Positions 19,811-28,896 of a stretch of DNA of 64,000 bases are shown here, in pieces. Position 1 is the first letter of the stretch, and each line of letters opens with the position of its first letter. Source of the stretch: a virus (Duplodnaviria; Heunggongvirae; Uroviricota; Caudoviricetes); IMG/VR virus record IMGVR_UViG_3300025693_000001; one strand, 5' to 3'. The notes under the pieces are model-generated. The model was given only the letters and a program-made list of their open reading frames with translations, was not told the DNA's origin and ran no database searches. A program made the position numbers and the translations under genes.

Positions 19811-20202
19811 CCTGGTTTTTCTTGGTCTATGTGACCATCTTTGTGCTCTGGTGGTGTATAGACTGCATAGAGTTTTAAGTCATCGTTATCGGATGTATTG
19901 ATAACATTATGCTCAACGCCCTCGGGTATAATGATAGCATCACCATCCTCAAGCGAAGATTCAACACCTCCCATGATAGCTTTACCAGTACCAGATTCAA
20001 CACGAATGAATTGATCACCCTTGTGCGTCTCCATACCAATTTCCTGGCCAGGTTTAACACACATTAACACAAGCTGCATATGAGCAGCAGTGTACACAAC
20101 TTTGCGATATAACTTGTTGTTTTCAGTGTCCTTTTCCATCTGGATGGTGAATCCAGATTTAGTATCGACACCTGCCAACTCGAGTAATCTAGTACGTTCC
20201 AT
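19807..20202 (-). CDS. cupin-domain protein
   Basis: QLVLM...GQEIG.ETH..DQF.RVE.G.G; IP.G..HNV.N; LY..Y.PPEH. Confidence 0.85.
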   Translation of the reverse strand: MERTRLLELAGVDTKSGFTIQMEKDTENNKLYRKVVYTAAHMQLVLMCVKPGQEIGMETHKGDQFIRVESGTGKAIMGGVESSLEDGDAIIIPEGVEHNVINTSDNDDLKLYAVYTPPEHKDGHIDQEKPG

Positions 20203-20204
20203 TG

Positions 20205-20504
20205 CTACTTACCCGCTTTTTTAGCTTGGTATGCTGCCCCATCGCTTTGCATTTTCACAGCACGTTCCACCGTAGAAATCACACTAGACAATTCCTTTTC
20301 GCTAGCGCCTTCCATACCTGGAATGTTTTCCAGAGCTTGACCCGCTAGTTCACCAGCACCATCCTTACTACCATCTTTTTGTTGCTGGATGACATATCGA
20401 ACGATCTTTCCAATCTCAGCAGCCGATAAGTCGCTAAGATTTTCGGTAACCAGTCGGTCCTGGTGTTGTGCTATATTCGCGTTGATTTCGTTAAACAACT
20501 TCAT
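20205..20504 (-). CDS. hypothetical protein
   Basis: start reassigned to MKLFNEIN (ATGA overlap, AAGGA RBS). Confidence 0.7.
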   Translation of the reverse strand: MKLFNEINANIAQHQDRLVTENLSDLSAAEIGKIVRYVIQQQKDGSKDGAGELAGQALENIPGMEGASEKELSSVISTVERAVKMQSDGAAYQAKKAGK

Positions 20505-20653
20505 TGTAATAATTCCTTTTTCCATTCTCGTTTTTGGCGCTCGCGCGATGCGCGCACGCCTTGTTTTTCCTTATGTACAATGGTATCACTATACACGGTG
20601 TGTTTAGCAACAAAGTTTCTAACTTTCTGTTTCTGTGGTTTTTGTATTGACAT
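20501..20653 (-). CDS. small basic protein (50 aa, absent from the ORF track), weakly ArfA-like
   Basis: MSIQKPQKQKVRNFVAKHTVYSDTIVHKEKQGVRASRERQKREWKKELLQ; GGAG RBS; stop coupled to the next ATG. Confidence 0.7.
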   Translation of the reverse strand: MSIQKPQKQKVRNFVAKHTVYSDTIVHKEKQGVRASRERQKREWKKELLQ

Positions 20654-20767
20654 TACCGCTCTCCAATTGAAATAAGTTTACCCTGAGTGATAATATCCAA
20701 CCATTCAGGGTAATTGTCAAGAGAAAGTTCACACAAAGTTAAACTCTTCGTTGTTTGTTATACCTAT

Positions 20768-21397
20768 TTATGCTGGTCTGGAATATACCGCGCGGGACTT
20801 TGGAGTCTCGTTCCAAGAAATTTTCGATACATTAACACCAATTAGTGACATTTTAGCGTCAACCGCTTCAAATAACCATTTGGCTAGATTTTCGGATGTT
20901 GGTACAAACGTAACAAACACGAACCCTTCATAGAACTCTCGTTCTGGTCCACTCAGACCACTAACATCAACCGTGTGTCCAACTAAATGTTCCGTACCAG
21001 GAACGTATACCGGTACGATGTTCAGCTGTCGACCCTCTGTGGTATTCAAAGGTTGCATTGCCGTCAGTGACTCAAAGTAACCTTTAACGTGGTTTTGTTT
21101 AGCGTTCACGATATTAGCAAACCAAGGATCATTTATATCCAAGATGAACTTGTGGTCCAGTGTGTCATCCAAGAAGTTTTTAACCCAACCCAGATTAACG
21201 AAATCCTCAACCATCCCTTGTGAGTTTAATTTGTCACCTGATAGGAATACTTGAATCTTCCCTTCGTGCCCATGGAGATGACGACATTTTGGACAGGTGT
21301 GTCCTTGTTCTGTATAGTCCACGTTCAATACTTGCGAGTGTACTCGATGCCCATAACAAAACGCGAAGGTCTTGTCTATTTCCCATTGTTCAGTCAT
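20768..21397 (-). CDS. queD: 6-carboxy-5,6,7,8-tetrahydropterin synthase
   Basis: GHR...C..LHGH, GMV.DF, LDHKF, PTSENLA, ETP.S.A. Confidence 0.92.
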   Translation of the reverse strand: MTEQWEIDKTFAFCYGHRVHSQVLNVDYTEQGHTCPKCRHLHGHEGKIQVFLSGDKLNSQGMVEDFVNLGWVKNFLDDTLDHKFILDINDPWFANIVNAKQNHVKGYFESLTAMQPLNTTEGRQLNIVPVYVPGTEHLVGHTVDVSGLSGPEREFYEGFVFVTFVPTSENLAKWLFEAVDAKMSLIGVNVSKISWNETPKSRAVYSRPA

Positions 21398-21417
21398 TAC
21401 TTTCCTATTATAAAATG

Positions 21418-21855
21418 TTATTTGTTTTCGAACTTAGATTGTATTACCCGCACTGCTGCTTTGACAACAGGCTTGTGAATTTTTCTACCATTCTCTTGGA
21501 ATTCTTCTGGAGTCATCCAAGTGGTTTTTTGTGTTTCATTTGGTAGGGGATCACCAAACATATCTTGGTCTTCGATCTCAGCTAGATATATGTGAGTACG
21601 GCCAAGGAAGGTACCTAAGTCGTGCGTAGCCGTTATATTGCCTTTGAACAACCCAAGTTCTTCGTTAGCTTCACGAAACGCTGCTTCTTCAGTATCCTCA
21701 CCTTTTTCGATCTTACCTTTAGCGATTTGAAAACACTCACCACCAAATTTTCCCTTGGGATCATTTGGCATCATGAACATCATACGAATCACCTTTTTGT
21801 CCTCTACTATGTATGGAATAACTCCAGCACGGTGAACCACTTTCTTGTTTTGCAT
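21418..21855 (-). CDS. Nudix hydrolase
   Basis: Nudix box GKIEKGEDTEEAAFREANEELGL. Confidence 0.9.
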   Translation of the reverse strand: MQNKKVVHRAGVIPYIVEDKKVIRMMFMMPNDPKGKFGGECFQIAKGKIEKGEDTEEAAFREANEELGLFKGNITATHDLGTFLGRTHIYLAEIEDQDMFGDPLPNETQKTTWMTPEEFQENGRKIHKPVVKAAVRVIQSKFENK

Positions 21856-21900
21856 ATTTTTATCCTTTGTTGTGGATTGTATGCATATTTATGATTTCAC

Positions 21901-22104
21901 TTATATGCTTTTTGCTGCATCCGACATTTCTTGTTTTAACAGCTCAACTTGCTGGCTTAGATACATGATACGATCTCTAGCGGCAGTACATACAGCCTCG
22001 TGGTCCAAGTCTGTTCGATACAACATACGGACCTTGTGTGCCACATCAATATCACTGAGGTGACCCATACACATGCGTTCTTTGATTACTTTATCACCTG
22101 TCAT
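21901..22104 (-). CDS. hypothetical protein
   Basis: GGAG RBS; TTGACC...TATAAT promoter upstream. Confidence 0.6.
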   Translation of the reverse strand: MTGDKVIKERMCMGHLSDIDVAHKVRMLYRTDLDHEAVCTAARDRIMYLSQQVELLKQEMSDAAKSI

Positions 22105-22274
22105 TCGTTATGTCTCCGGTTGCGTTATATGTTGATACCATATTATATACGATGTCGCCAGGTCAGGTCAACGGTATTCGGCTATCTGGCATGGTCCCAT
22201 ACACACTCCAGGTCTGCAACTTCCGATTGCTCATAAATACAACCAACCAAACACAAGCATATACAGGCAAAAAT

Positions 22275-22814
22275 ATGGATATCGTAACACGACAGGAAGC
22301 AATTAAACACAAATTAACCAAATACTTTTCGGGCATTCCTTGTAAAAATGGTCACACATCGGAACGCACCATTACTGGGTCTTGCATAGCATGCCGAGCG
22401 GAGTGGGGGCAGTCAAAAAAAGGAAAACAATACCGGAAATCGTACTATCAAGAATACAAACACACCGACGCAAACAAAAAAGCAGCAAAAAAAGCTATGG
22501 ATGACCACAGAGAACGTCGCCGACAACAATTATTCGATATGAAAAAAGAGATGTCGTGTGTGTATTGTGGAGAGTCAAATCCGTTGTGTATTGATATGGA
22601 TCACATCGACCATTCATCCAAAACAGGAACCCCCGCCACCATGGTAATGAGTGGTACCAAATGGGAGGCTGTATTAGATGAGCTGGATAAATGTCAACCA
22701 GTATGTCGCAATTGCCACAACATCAAGACCATCATCGAGGCGGGAAAACTCAAAAACCAAAACATAGATCAATACGTTCCCGCGTCAATGAAGCATCTCA
22801 TGCGGTATACCTGA
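22275..22814 (+). CDS. HNH endonuclease
   Basis: start reassigned to MDIVTRQEA; CxxC..DHID..C...CxxCH; CATAAATA at 22232-22239. Confidence 0.82.
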   Translation: MDIVTRQEAIKHKLTKYFSGIPCKNGHTSERTITGSCIACRAEWGQSKKGKQYRKSYYQEYKHTDANKKAAKKAMDDHRERRRQQLFDMKKEMSCVYCGESNPLCIDMDHIDHSSKTGTPATMVMSGTKWEAVLDELDKCQPVCRNCHNIKTIIEAGKLKNQNIDQYVPASMKHLMRYT

Positions 22815-23777
22815 TTAGGTACCGATAGCATTACCGAACACATGCGAGTGGAGACGACCACTAAAGTGATACCCCCGTTTCATCGCCTCCATAGCGATTT
22901 CGGCAATTCGACTTTCTTCTTGAGATTCTTTTGTGGCTCCCACCACCATAATATAGACGTCCCAGAATACTCCAGCTTGTCTAAATATCTTCACATACCG
23001 ATCAACTTCATCCCAACTTTCCTGGGTACCATTAACAACAAACTTCAATTGGCCATGATTGGATGCAGCTGCGTATTGAGTCAACACCTCTGGTTTGATA
23101 GCCTTGCTTTCCGGTTCACCACTCGTAGACCACAGTTTGGGACTAACCGACCAGAACCACTCATTCGAGTCTCTACTGTAGTTATCAGCTGCATGTGGTC
23201 CAGATGACCATCGGGGTGGTAGTGTTCCAACATTACCATACATTGCTGAAATAGTATCAAACATATCATCTGACAATTTTTGTGTACCATTAGTTTCAAC
23301 AGTAACACATCGAGGGAAGTTGTTGCGGTTATTGAACTCTGCCAAAATGTCTTGAATAGCTGGTTGATTGAGCATAGGCTCCCCACCAGTAAATGCCATG
23401 TGTGTTTGTTGTCTAGTGCGTGGATGACAAAACAAACCATTGGTATTGGATGGATGCATCAATGATCGTTGAATATCGTTGCATATCACTTCGGCTGTAT
23501 CATCATGCGCTAGATGTCGATATTTCTTTGCCCAAGTATAACTAGAGTCACAACCCTGAGCAAATACCGGTAAATCTTCTATCTTGTCAAACTTGCTAAC
23601 ATCCAGATCTTTATACGGAAGAATGTATGTATCTGGATTGGTCGGATCTTTCTGACCGAAGCCATCACAACTCATGTTACACAGAAAGAATCTTATCCAT
23701 GCTGTGCTACGTCCAGTGTATGCACCTTCACCTTGAAAACTGTGAAATATTTCACTATATTTGTATTTTTTTGTCAT
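22815..23777 (-). CDS. queE: 7-carboxy-7-deazaguanine synthase (radical SAM)
   Basis: EIF.SFQGEG..TG...IRF..CN..C..F...CDS, TGGEP, ETNGT, SVSPKL, KFVV, R.H..FGN. Confidence 0.92.
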   Translation of the reverse strand: MTKKYKYSEIFHSFQGEGAYTGRSTAWIRFFLCNMSCDGFGQKDPTNPDTYILPYKDLDVSKFDKIEDLPVFAQGCDSSYTWAKKYRHLAHDDTAEVICNDIQRSLMHPSNTNGLFCHPRTRQQTHMAFTGGEPMLNQPAIQDILAEFNNRNNFPRCVTVETNGTQKLSDDMFDTISAMYGNVGTLPPRWSSGPHAADNYSRDSNEWFWSVSPKLWSTSGEPESKAIKPEVLTQYAAASNHGQLKFVVNGTQESWDEVDRYVKIFRQAGVFWDVYIMVVGATKESQEESRIAEIAMEAMKRGYHFSGRLHSHVFGNAIGT

Positions 23778-23872
23778 TTATCTACCTTAAAAAATTTTAG
23801 ATTGTTATACATCTTCCCCGTTTTCAGTCTGTAATTCAACACACAATATGATATACCCAACTAGTTGCTTTG

Positions 23873-24532
23873 TTATGCTTGTGTAACCCAAGAGGCAAAT
23901 TGCTGAAACCAATTAGGGGGGCCCTGTTCGTACCCCGCACCACCGTTCATGTACCGTCTGATTGTGTCCGAGTGTGTTGTAAATGTTCGCTTTGTCTCTT
24001 TACCATACGCAATAATGCGATCTATAACAGTTATCAGCGGCAACGACTTGAGAACTATCCGATTCCGTTCCCACGTATCTATGTATTCAAATGCGTGAAC
24101 GGAAGTGTACGGCTTGGTTTGTTTTGTAGCACTAGTAGTACTAGTAGTACTACGCGAAGAGCCAGTTACCACAGTGATCGATGCTGGATCAAATCTATTA
24201 ATATCAAGATTGGTAATATCAAAACCATAACGGACCATGTCTCGATACATCGTTTGATACGCTGGCCACCAATAACGCGACTGATCTTTGTTATACACAG
24301 ATACGCGAGCTACGTTTTCCATTATGGATAGCCGTTTATCTATAGCCGCGACGGTGTTATGCCTACCACTAAAAAGGTTAGCTGTTAATAATTGTTGTAC
24401 TATATCGTCAGAGGTACGCTTAATGTTGTGAGATACCATGTAATAACACAATATTTGGAAATCTGTATAAGGTGTGCCCGGATACACAACATCCCACGAA
24501 TAACGTTTATTTGCACTAGACACCATCATCAC
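23873..24532 (-). CDS. hypothetical protein
   Basis: 219-aa operonic ORF with an S/T linker. Confidence 0.7.
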   Translation of the reverse strand: MMMVSSANKRYSWDVVYPGTPYTDFQILCYYMVSHNIKRTSDDIVQQLLTANLFSGRHNTVAAIDKRLSIMENVARVSVYNKDQSRYWWPAYQTMYRDMVRYGFDITNLDINRFDPASITVVTGSSRSTTSTTSATKQTKPYTSVHAFEYIDTWERNRIVLKSLPLITVIDRIIAYGKETKRTFTTHSDTIRRYMNGGAGYEQGPPNWFQQFASWVTQA

Positions 24533-25016
24533 CGATTGATTCTCTCCAGATCATTAGCACTCCGGATTCTTTATTTTTCTTAACACGAATTTGACCACGA
24601 TCACCAAATGGATCGAATCGTTTGCTCTGTCGCAATACTGCCATAGACACTTTATAGTCTACAGCAAATTGCTCAGCACTGGTTGGTTCACTCGGAACCT
24701 GATCAAATGCGGTTTGAATGTTGTTCCCTTTTCTACCACGTTTCAGCACTTTTCTCGTAGCTGTTTGTGGTTGGTTGGATTGAGGTTCTGTTGTCATTGT
24801 TTGTTTCGCTTCTGGTTGGTTAGAGGAAAACGACGATGCGTATGAATTATAATCCAAGTTTTTGGCTGGTACCAACGTACCAACCATTCTCAGATTCCGA
24901 GCTGCACTTAGTTCGGGATTCGTCACACCAAATACCACCAAGATGGTATTATCGTTTGGCTTAAATTTATCTATCAATGCAAACCTATCATTCCATGTTA
25001 ATACCTTAGGAATCAT
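24516..25016 (-). CDS. hypothetical protein, possibly DNA-binding
   Basis: start reassigned to MIPKVLTW (GGAGG RBS); basic C-terminal domain. Confidence 0.7.
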   Translation of the reverse strand: MIPKVLTWNDRFALIDKFKPNDNTILVVFGVTNPELSAARNLRMVGTLVPAKNLDYNSYASSFSSNQPEAKQTMTTEPQSNQPQTATRKVLKRGRKGNNIQTAFDQVPSEPTSAEQFAVDYKVSMAVLRQSKRFDPFGDRGQIRVKKNKESGVLMIWRESIGDDGV

Positions 25017-25488
25017 CACTAGCCTCCCATGGGTACACAATCCACTGATCTTCATCGGATATAACAGTGTGGAACACATCTGGCGTAATAACAGCACCAG
25101 TTTTATGGTGTATTGTTGCTGTTACAACATCATAACCCATAGATTCGTAGAACTTTACTACTTCGAATAATGTGTGACCACTGTCACAAATCTCATCAAC
25201 TACCAATATTCTGTAGTTTGAATAATCTGTGTGGATACCACTAATAGGTTGCAATTCCATATCACTATACATGGTTTTTGACCCATTGCCAACCGAGGAT
25301 GTGTAAGATACTGGTACCAATGGTATATTCATGAGGTGCGATATGATCGTTCCTGGTACTAGCCCACCTCTGGTCAGAGCAACAACACAATCTGGTTTCG
25401 TTCCCCCCATCGTTGTTATAATACCTTCGTGCATCCACACACACGCTTCATCCACTTCCTGCCATGTTACGTATTTCTTTTCGCTCAT
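25006..25488 (-). CDS. type I purine phosphoribosyltransferase
   Basis: LTRGGLVPG, ILVVDEICDSGHT, WIVYPWE; start MSEKKYV. Confidence 0.9.
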   Translation of the reverse strand: MSEKKYVTWQEVDEACVWMHEGIITTMGGTKPDCVVALTRGGLVPGTIISHLMNIPLVPVSYTSSVGNGSKTMYSDMELQPISGIHTDYSNYRILVVDEICDSGHTLFEVVKFYESMGYDVVTATIHHKTGAVITPDVFHTVISDEDQWIVYPWEASDDS

Positions 25489-26117
25489 GTTTCCAACCCC
25501 ACCATATCTGTCCATAATGTTTTGATCGTTCTGAATGAACCCAGCGACATTTTGCAATCATCGAGTGCATTATGATCTTCTCGTTCATCGTTACCCATTG
25601 TTTCGAATAGCGCGTTTGAAGTGAAAGACCCAACGGTTCCTGCTCCCAGCGAGCATGAATCAAAATGTCTGTTTGCGAATTTTAGAGGTACACCAACACG
25701 ACGAAACAACGCTCGTAAGAATGGCATATCGAATGTAGCGACATTGTGGCCCAGTGTTGCGATTGCATTATCGGTTCCCCAATACTTGATGATCATGTTA
25801 GCGATTAGCAGTACAGCTTCTTCTTCATCCATTCCGTTTTCTTCCAGATGTTTGAAAGACAGACCGTGAATTTTTTCAGCGTGTGTACCGAATTTTGGAT
25901 CCAGTTTTCTGGATTGAATGCTAACGGGATTCCATTTGATTTCGACGTAGAGTTCTTCTACTGGTTTGAATGTTACGGTATCGGCTACGATAATACCCCA
26001 TGATACTGCTTGGTGCCCATCCGATGGATCATCTCCACTGAAGTTGAGACCTGTGGTCTCACAATCCATTGCTAGCACATAATTGAAATAGCCTGTTTGA
26101 TTTTTTTGTGATTTCAT
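25485..26117 (-). CDS. DEDDh 3'-5' exonuclease (DnaQ-like)
   Basis: DCETTG, GHNVATFD, HNALDD. Confidence 0.9.
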   Translation of the reverse strand: MKSQKNQTGYFNYVLAMDCETTGLNFSGDDPSDGHQAVSWGIIVADTVTFKPVEELYVEIKWNPVSIQSRKLDPKFGTHAEKIHGLSFKHLEENGMDEEEAVLLIANMIIKYWGTDNAIATLGHNVATFDMPFLRALFRRVGVPLKFANRHFDSCSLGAGTVGSFTSNALFETMGNDEREDHNALDDCKMSLGSFRTIKTLWTDMVGLET

Positions 26118-26202
26118 TAACGACTCCTTGACTGCATAGTATACAGTAAGGAGTCACCAATGTCAACGGATGTTTTGTGAATAGATCCGTGTGGTGTGTT
26201 TG

Positions 26203-26709
26203 CTACCCATCCGTGTGGTGAGTGCCCTGTTCGTGATTGTAACCACCTGCATATAACCCAGCTTTATCAGATGTCATAAACATTATCTGACCAACACGAA
26301 CACCCTGCTCGATTGCTGCTACACCCGATCTATTGTGTAATGCAAATGCGATGTGACCTTTAAAACCTGAGTCATACAATCCGCTTGTCAGATATATACC
26401 ATTTCGATTGAGTGTGCTTCTGATAATCAATTGAGCGACTACACCTTCAGGTATATCAACAAACATATCCGATTGACCATCAAATACTGTATGCCCAGAT
26501 AGCATCCAGTTGCGATCATCATCCGGTAGCATTTCACTACCACCACGCATTTGCTTGTTATCTTTGGTTAATGTGAAGATGTTATCGTCAGTGATCGAAT
26601 ACAACCGATCTAACGTGAAGTCGATTGCGTTGGGTTGTACTTGTGTTGCTGGGTCGGTAAAGCCTGTGATCCAGCCTTCATCTATTGCGGTTTGTGGAGA
26701 AATAAACAT
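26203..26709 (-). CDS. trimeric dCTP deaminase/dUTPase family protein
   Basis: QPNAIDF, RSTLNRNG, GLYDSGFKG, RVGQ. Confidence 0.85.
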   Translation of the reverse strand: MFISPQTAIDEGWITGFTDPATQVQPNAIDFTLDRLYSITDDNIFTLTKDNKQMRGGSEMLPDDDRNWMLSGHTVFDGQSDMFVDIPEGVVAQLIIRSTLNRNGIYLTSGLYDSGFKGHIAFALHNRSGVAAIEQGVRVGQIMFMTSDKAGLYAGGYNHEQGTHHTDG

Positions 26710-26962
26710 CGTGTGTTCCTGAGGGTTTTGTTGTTGTTATGTTCGGACGTAGATCGAACATGTTGGTTTGTATTACGTGCGATAAAAACTCACGACGCTT
26801 ATCCAAGCACCGTCTTCTGTTTCTATTCGTTCGATAAGAGTACCAATCTTGTGATTCTATTTTACAAAATTGTTTTTCAGCTGTCAAAAATGCTGCCTGG
26901 TCGTGGTTCGCGATAACATCAATCCACAACGATTCAGACAGCAGGTCGAACCATTTGTTCAC
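26678..26962 (-). CDS. hypothetical protein
   Basis: GTG start overlapping the upstream stop (GTGA). Confidence 0.55.
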   Translation of the reverse strand: MNKWFDLLSESLWIDVIANHDQAAFLTAEKQFCKIESQDWYSYRTNRNRRRCLDKRREFLSHVIQTNMFDLRPNITTTKPSGTHDVYFSTNRNR

Positions 26963-27108
26963 GGCAGTAGCAGTACAGCACCAATCAGTATAACGCCACA
27001 TATACCCAATCCGAGTATCAGCCGCCCCACGTGAATTATTGGTGTATCCTTGTAATTGTCGACTTCTCTCATGTCTGGTGATTTGGTGCCTTTAATTTCT
27101 GAGTCCAT
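26959..27108 (-). CDS. small membrane protein (49 aa, absent from the ORF track)
   Basis: MDSEIKG...LILGLGICGVILIGAVLLLP; AGGA RBS; TTGACT-N17-TATATT promoter. Confidence 0.6.
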   Translation of the reverse strand: MDSEIKGTKSPDMREVDNYKDTPIIHVGRLILGLGICGVILIGAVLLLP

Positions 27109-27181
27109 ATTAATATTCCTATTATTGTGATTAGTGTATTTGAATCAACCAATATACCACATTACTGCACAAAAGTCAACA

Positions 27182-28024
27182 TCACTCTTGTGCATACCAT
27201 GCGCCTCGTTTGTACCCATCAAACAACAATTGTGTTAGGTGTATGTTGCGCCAGATTCGTTGCGTTGTTGCGTCATCCATGGTTGGTGGTTGGTTGAAGT
27301 TGACGGGCATCTTCAATTTTGCTGCCATTTGAAAGCTATCCGCGTTCGTTGTATATTCATGGCCGAGAATACCAGCCCAGATAGGACCGGATGAATCAAT
27401 GGTATCCAATGCATTCATTTCAATCAACGATGGTATCTCCAACGCAGGACCAGAATTTAATCCCAAGAAGTGGTGATGTTTATCGAATTCAAATCTGTTA
27501 TCATTGATCAGGTTTTGTGCCATTACAACTCTAGCATATGCTGGATGGATGTGTGGAAGCGCGTTAGGAATACCCAAAATGGACATACCAATAATGTCTA
27601 TATCTGGATGTTCTGCAGCCCAAACATATCCACTATACCAATCTTCGATATCGCCTTTCTCTGATTGTGGCACGAAGAATGTATGGAATCCTTCCTTCTT
27701 GAAATCGCCAACAAATTTATTTGCAGCTCGGATGGTAACGTCGGATGGTTGGAATGGATAATCCGGTAACACGATAGCATCAGCACCACATTTGTGGCCT
27801 AGTGCAATTAATTTTCCCGTATCATACGGTACTTTTAACTCGTACGCTGAGTTATCCATAATGATATAATCACCATAAGAAGCTCGTTGTTTGTAGAAGT
27901 TTGCGTACGTATCACTAGCATCAACCAAATGAGCCAACACCAGATGTGTCGAACTAGCGGTAGTAAAATGCAAATATTCGATTGGAGCTATGTAGCAAAA
28001 TTCTGGTTTGTTATCATTTATCAT
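27182..28024 (-). CDS. TGT/DpdA-like TIM-barrel protein, candidate 7-deazaguanine insertion enzyme
   Basis: IMDNSAYE (cf. DSG.F), VLPD, FVPQ, HFLG and IDSS motifs in TGT-family order; located inside the que cluster. Confidence 0.65.
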   Translation of the reverse strand: MINDNKPEFCYIAPIEYLHFTTASSTHLVLAHLVDASDTYANFYKQRASYGDYIIMDNSAYELKVPYDTGKLIALGHKCGADAIVLPDYPFQPSDVTIRAANKFVGDFKKEGFHTFFVPQSEKGDIEDWYSGYVWAAEHPDIDIIGMSILGIPNALPHIHPAYARVVMAQNLINDNRFEFDKHHHFLGLNSGPALEIPSLIEMNALDTIDSSGPIWAGILGHEYTTNADSFQMAAKLKMPVNFNQPPTMDDATTQRIWRNIHLTQLLFDGYKRGAWYAQE

Positions 28025-28274
28025 TTATCAGTCCTTCTGTTGTTTGTTCGAATCTGATAGCCAATTCCAAAGCATCAATTATCATTTCGTTTATACCGGC
28101 TTGTGCGAATGCTACGTCTATCGTGTCACCACTCTCCAGCACATCTACCATAACTTGCCTGGATTCCGCACGGAAGTGTTTAGTTGCGTACACACGAAGA
28201 TATTCAGTCCGTTCATCTTCTGAAATTTCTATAGTGATTGGTTCACCAACTTTTGTTGAAGTCATCACACTCAC
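28014..28274 (-). CDS. hypothetical protein
   Basis: GTGA-coupled operonic ORF. Confidence 0.6.
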   Translation of the reverse strand: MSVMTSTKVGEPITIEISEDERTEYLRVYATKHFRAESRQVMVDVLESGDTIDVAFAQAGINEMIIDALELAIRFEQTTEGLINDK

Positions 28275-28645
28275 CCGAAAAGCACGAAAGTTACAGTGGC
28301 ACCATTCTCACCATCTTCGCTAACTTCACACTCAATCAAACCAAATTCAACAAACAGTTCGCTAGCGATCATCTCACATGACATTGCACCAAATTCATAG
28401 CAATGCATCAAGTTGTTGTAATATTTGTTTCGCAAATACTCAATGACCTGGTGCTTCAACATAATGAATTCCGTATCACGATCGGTATGCGTTACTATTT
28501 TAGTCGCTTTGATGTGAAACATATGGCGGTGTGGATCGCGTAAATATGCCACTTCATCAAATGGACATTCTGGCCAATTGTGTGTACCATCCAGTTGTGT
28601 AGTACAAAAGACGGTGGTTTGTGTATTAGTTAATTTGCTTGTCAT
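28271..28645 (-). CDS. dpdL: QueD-like T-fold protein, DpdL-like (candidate CDG decarboxylase)
   Basis: LRDPHRHMF matches the LxxxHRHxF signature; also DRD.EF, SCEMIA and SEDGENGA. Confidence 0.7.
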   Translation of the reverse strand: MTSKLTNTQTTVFCTTQLDGTHNWPECPFDEVAYLRDPHRHMFHIKATKIVTHTDRDTEFIMLKHQVIEYLRNKYYNNLMHCYEFGAMSCEMIASELFVEFGLIECEVSEDGENGATVTFVLFG

Positions 28646-28896
28646 AATAAAATTATTTTTTTAGTTTTACTTTGTTCCCACTTCATGTAGTCTTTTTCCG
28701 CTTCTTCCGTCCACTCATCCAATTCTTGCATGAGTTGTCTGGCTAACTCAAAATGACCTTGAGTGTGGTGGATAAATGCTAGTTCACGCTTTTGAGCTAA
28801 CACATGATCGGTTGCTTCTATTTCAGTGAGGTCGAAATTACGTTGCAATTCAGAAACGATGTTCTGTTCACCCACTGATAGTCTTGGTATTTTCAT
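28642..28896 (-). CDS. hypothetical protein
   Basis: operonic ORF, ATGA coupling. Confidence 0.6.
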   Translation of the reverse strand: MKIPRLSVGEQNIVSELQRNFDLTEIEATDHVLAQKRELAFIHHTQGHFELARQLMQELDEWTEEAEKDYMKWEQSKTKKIILL

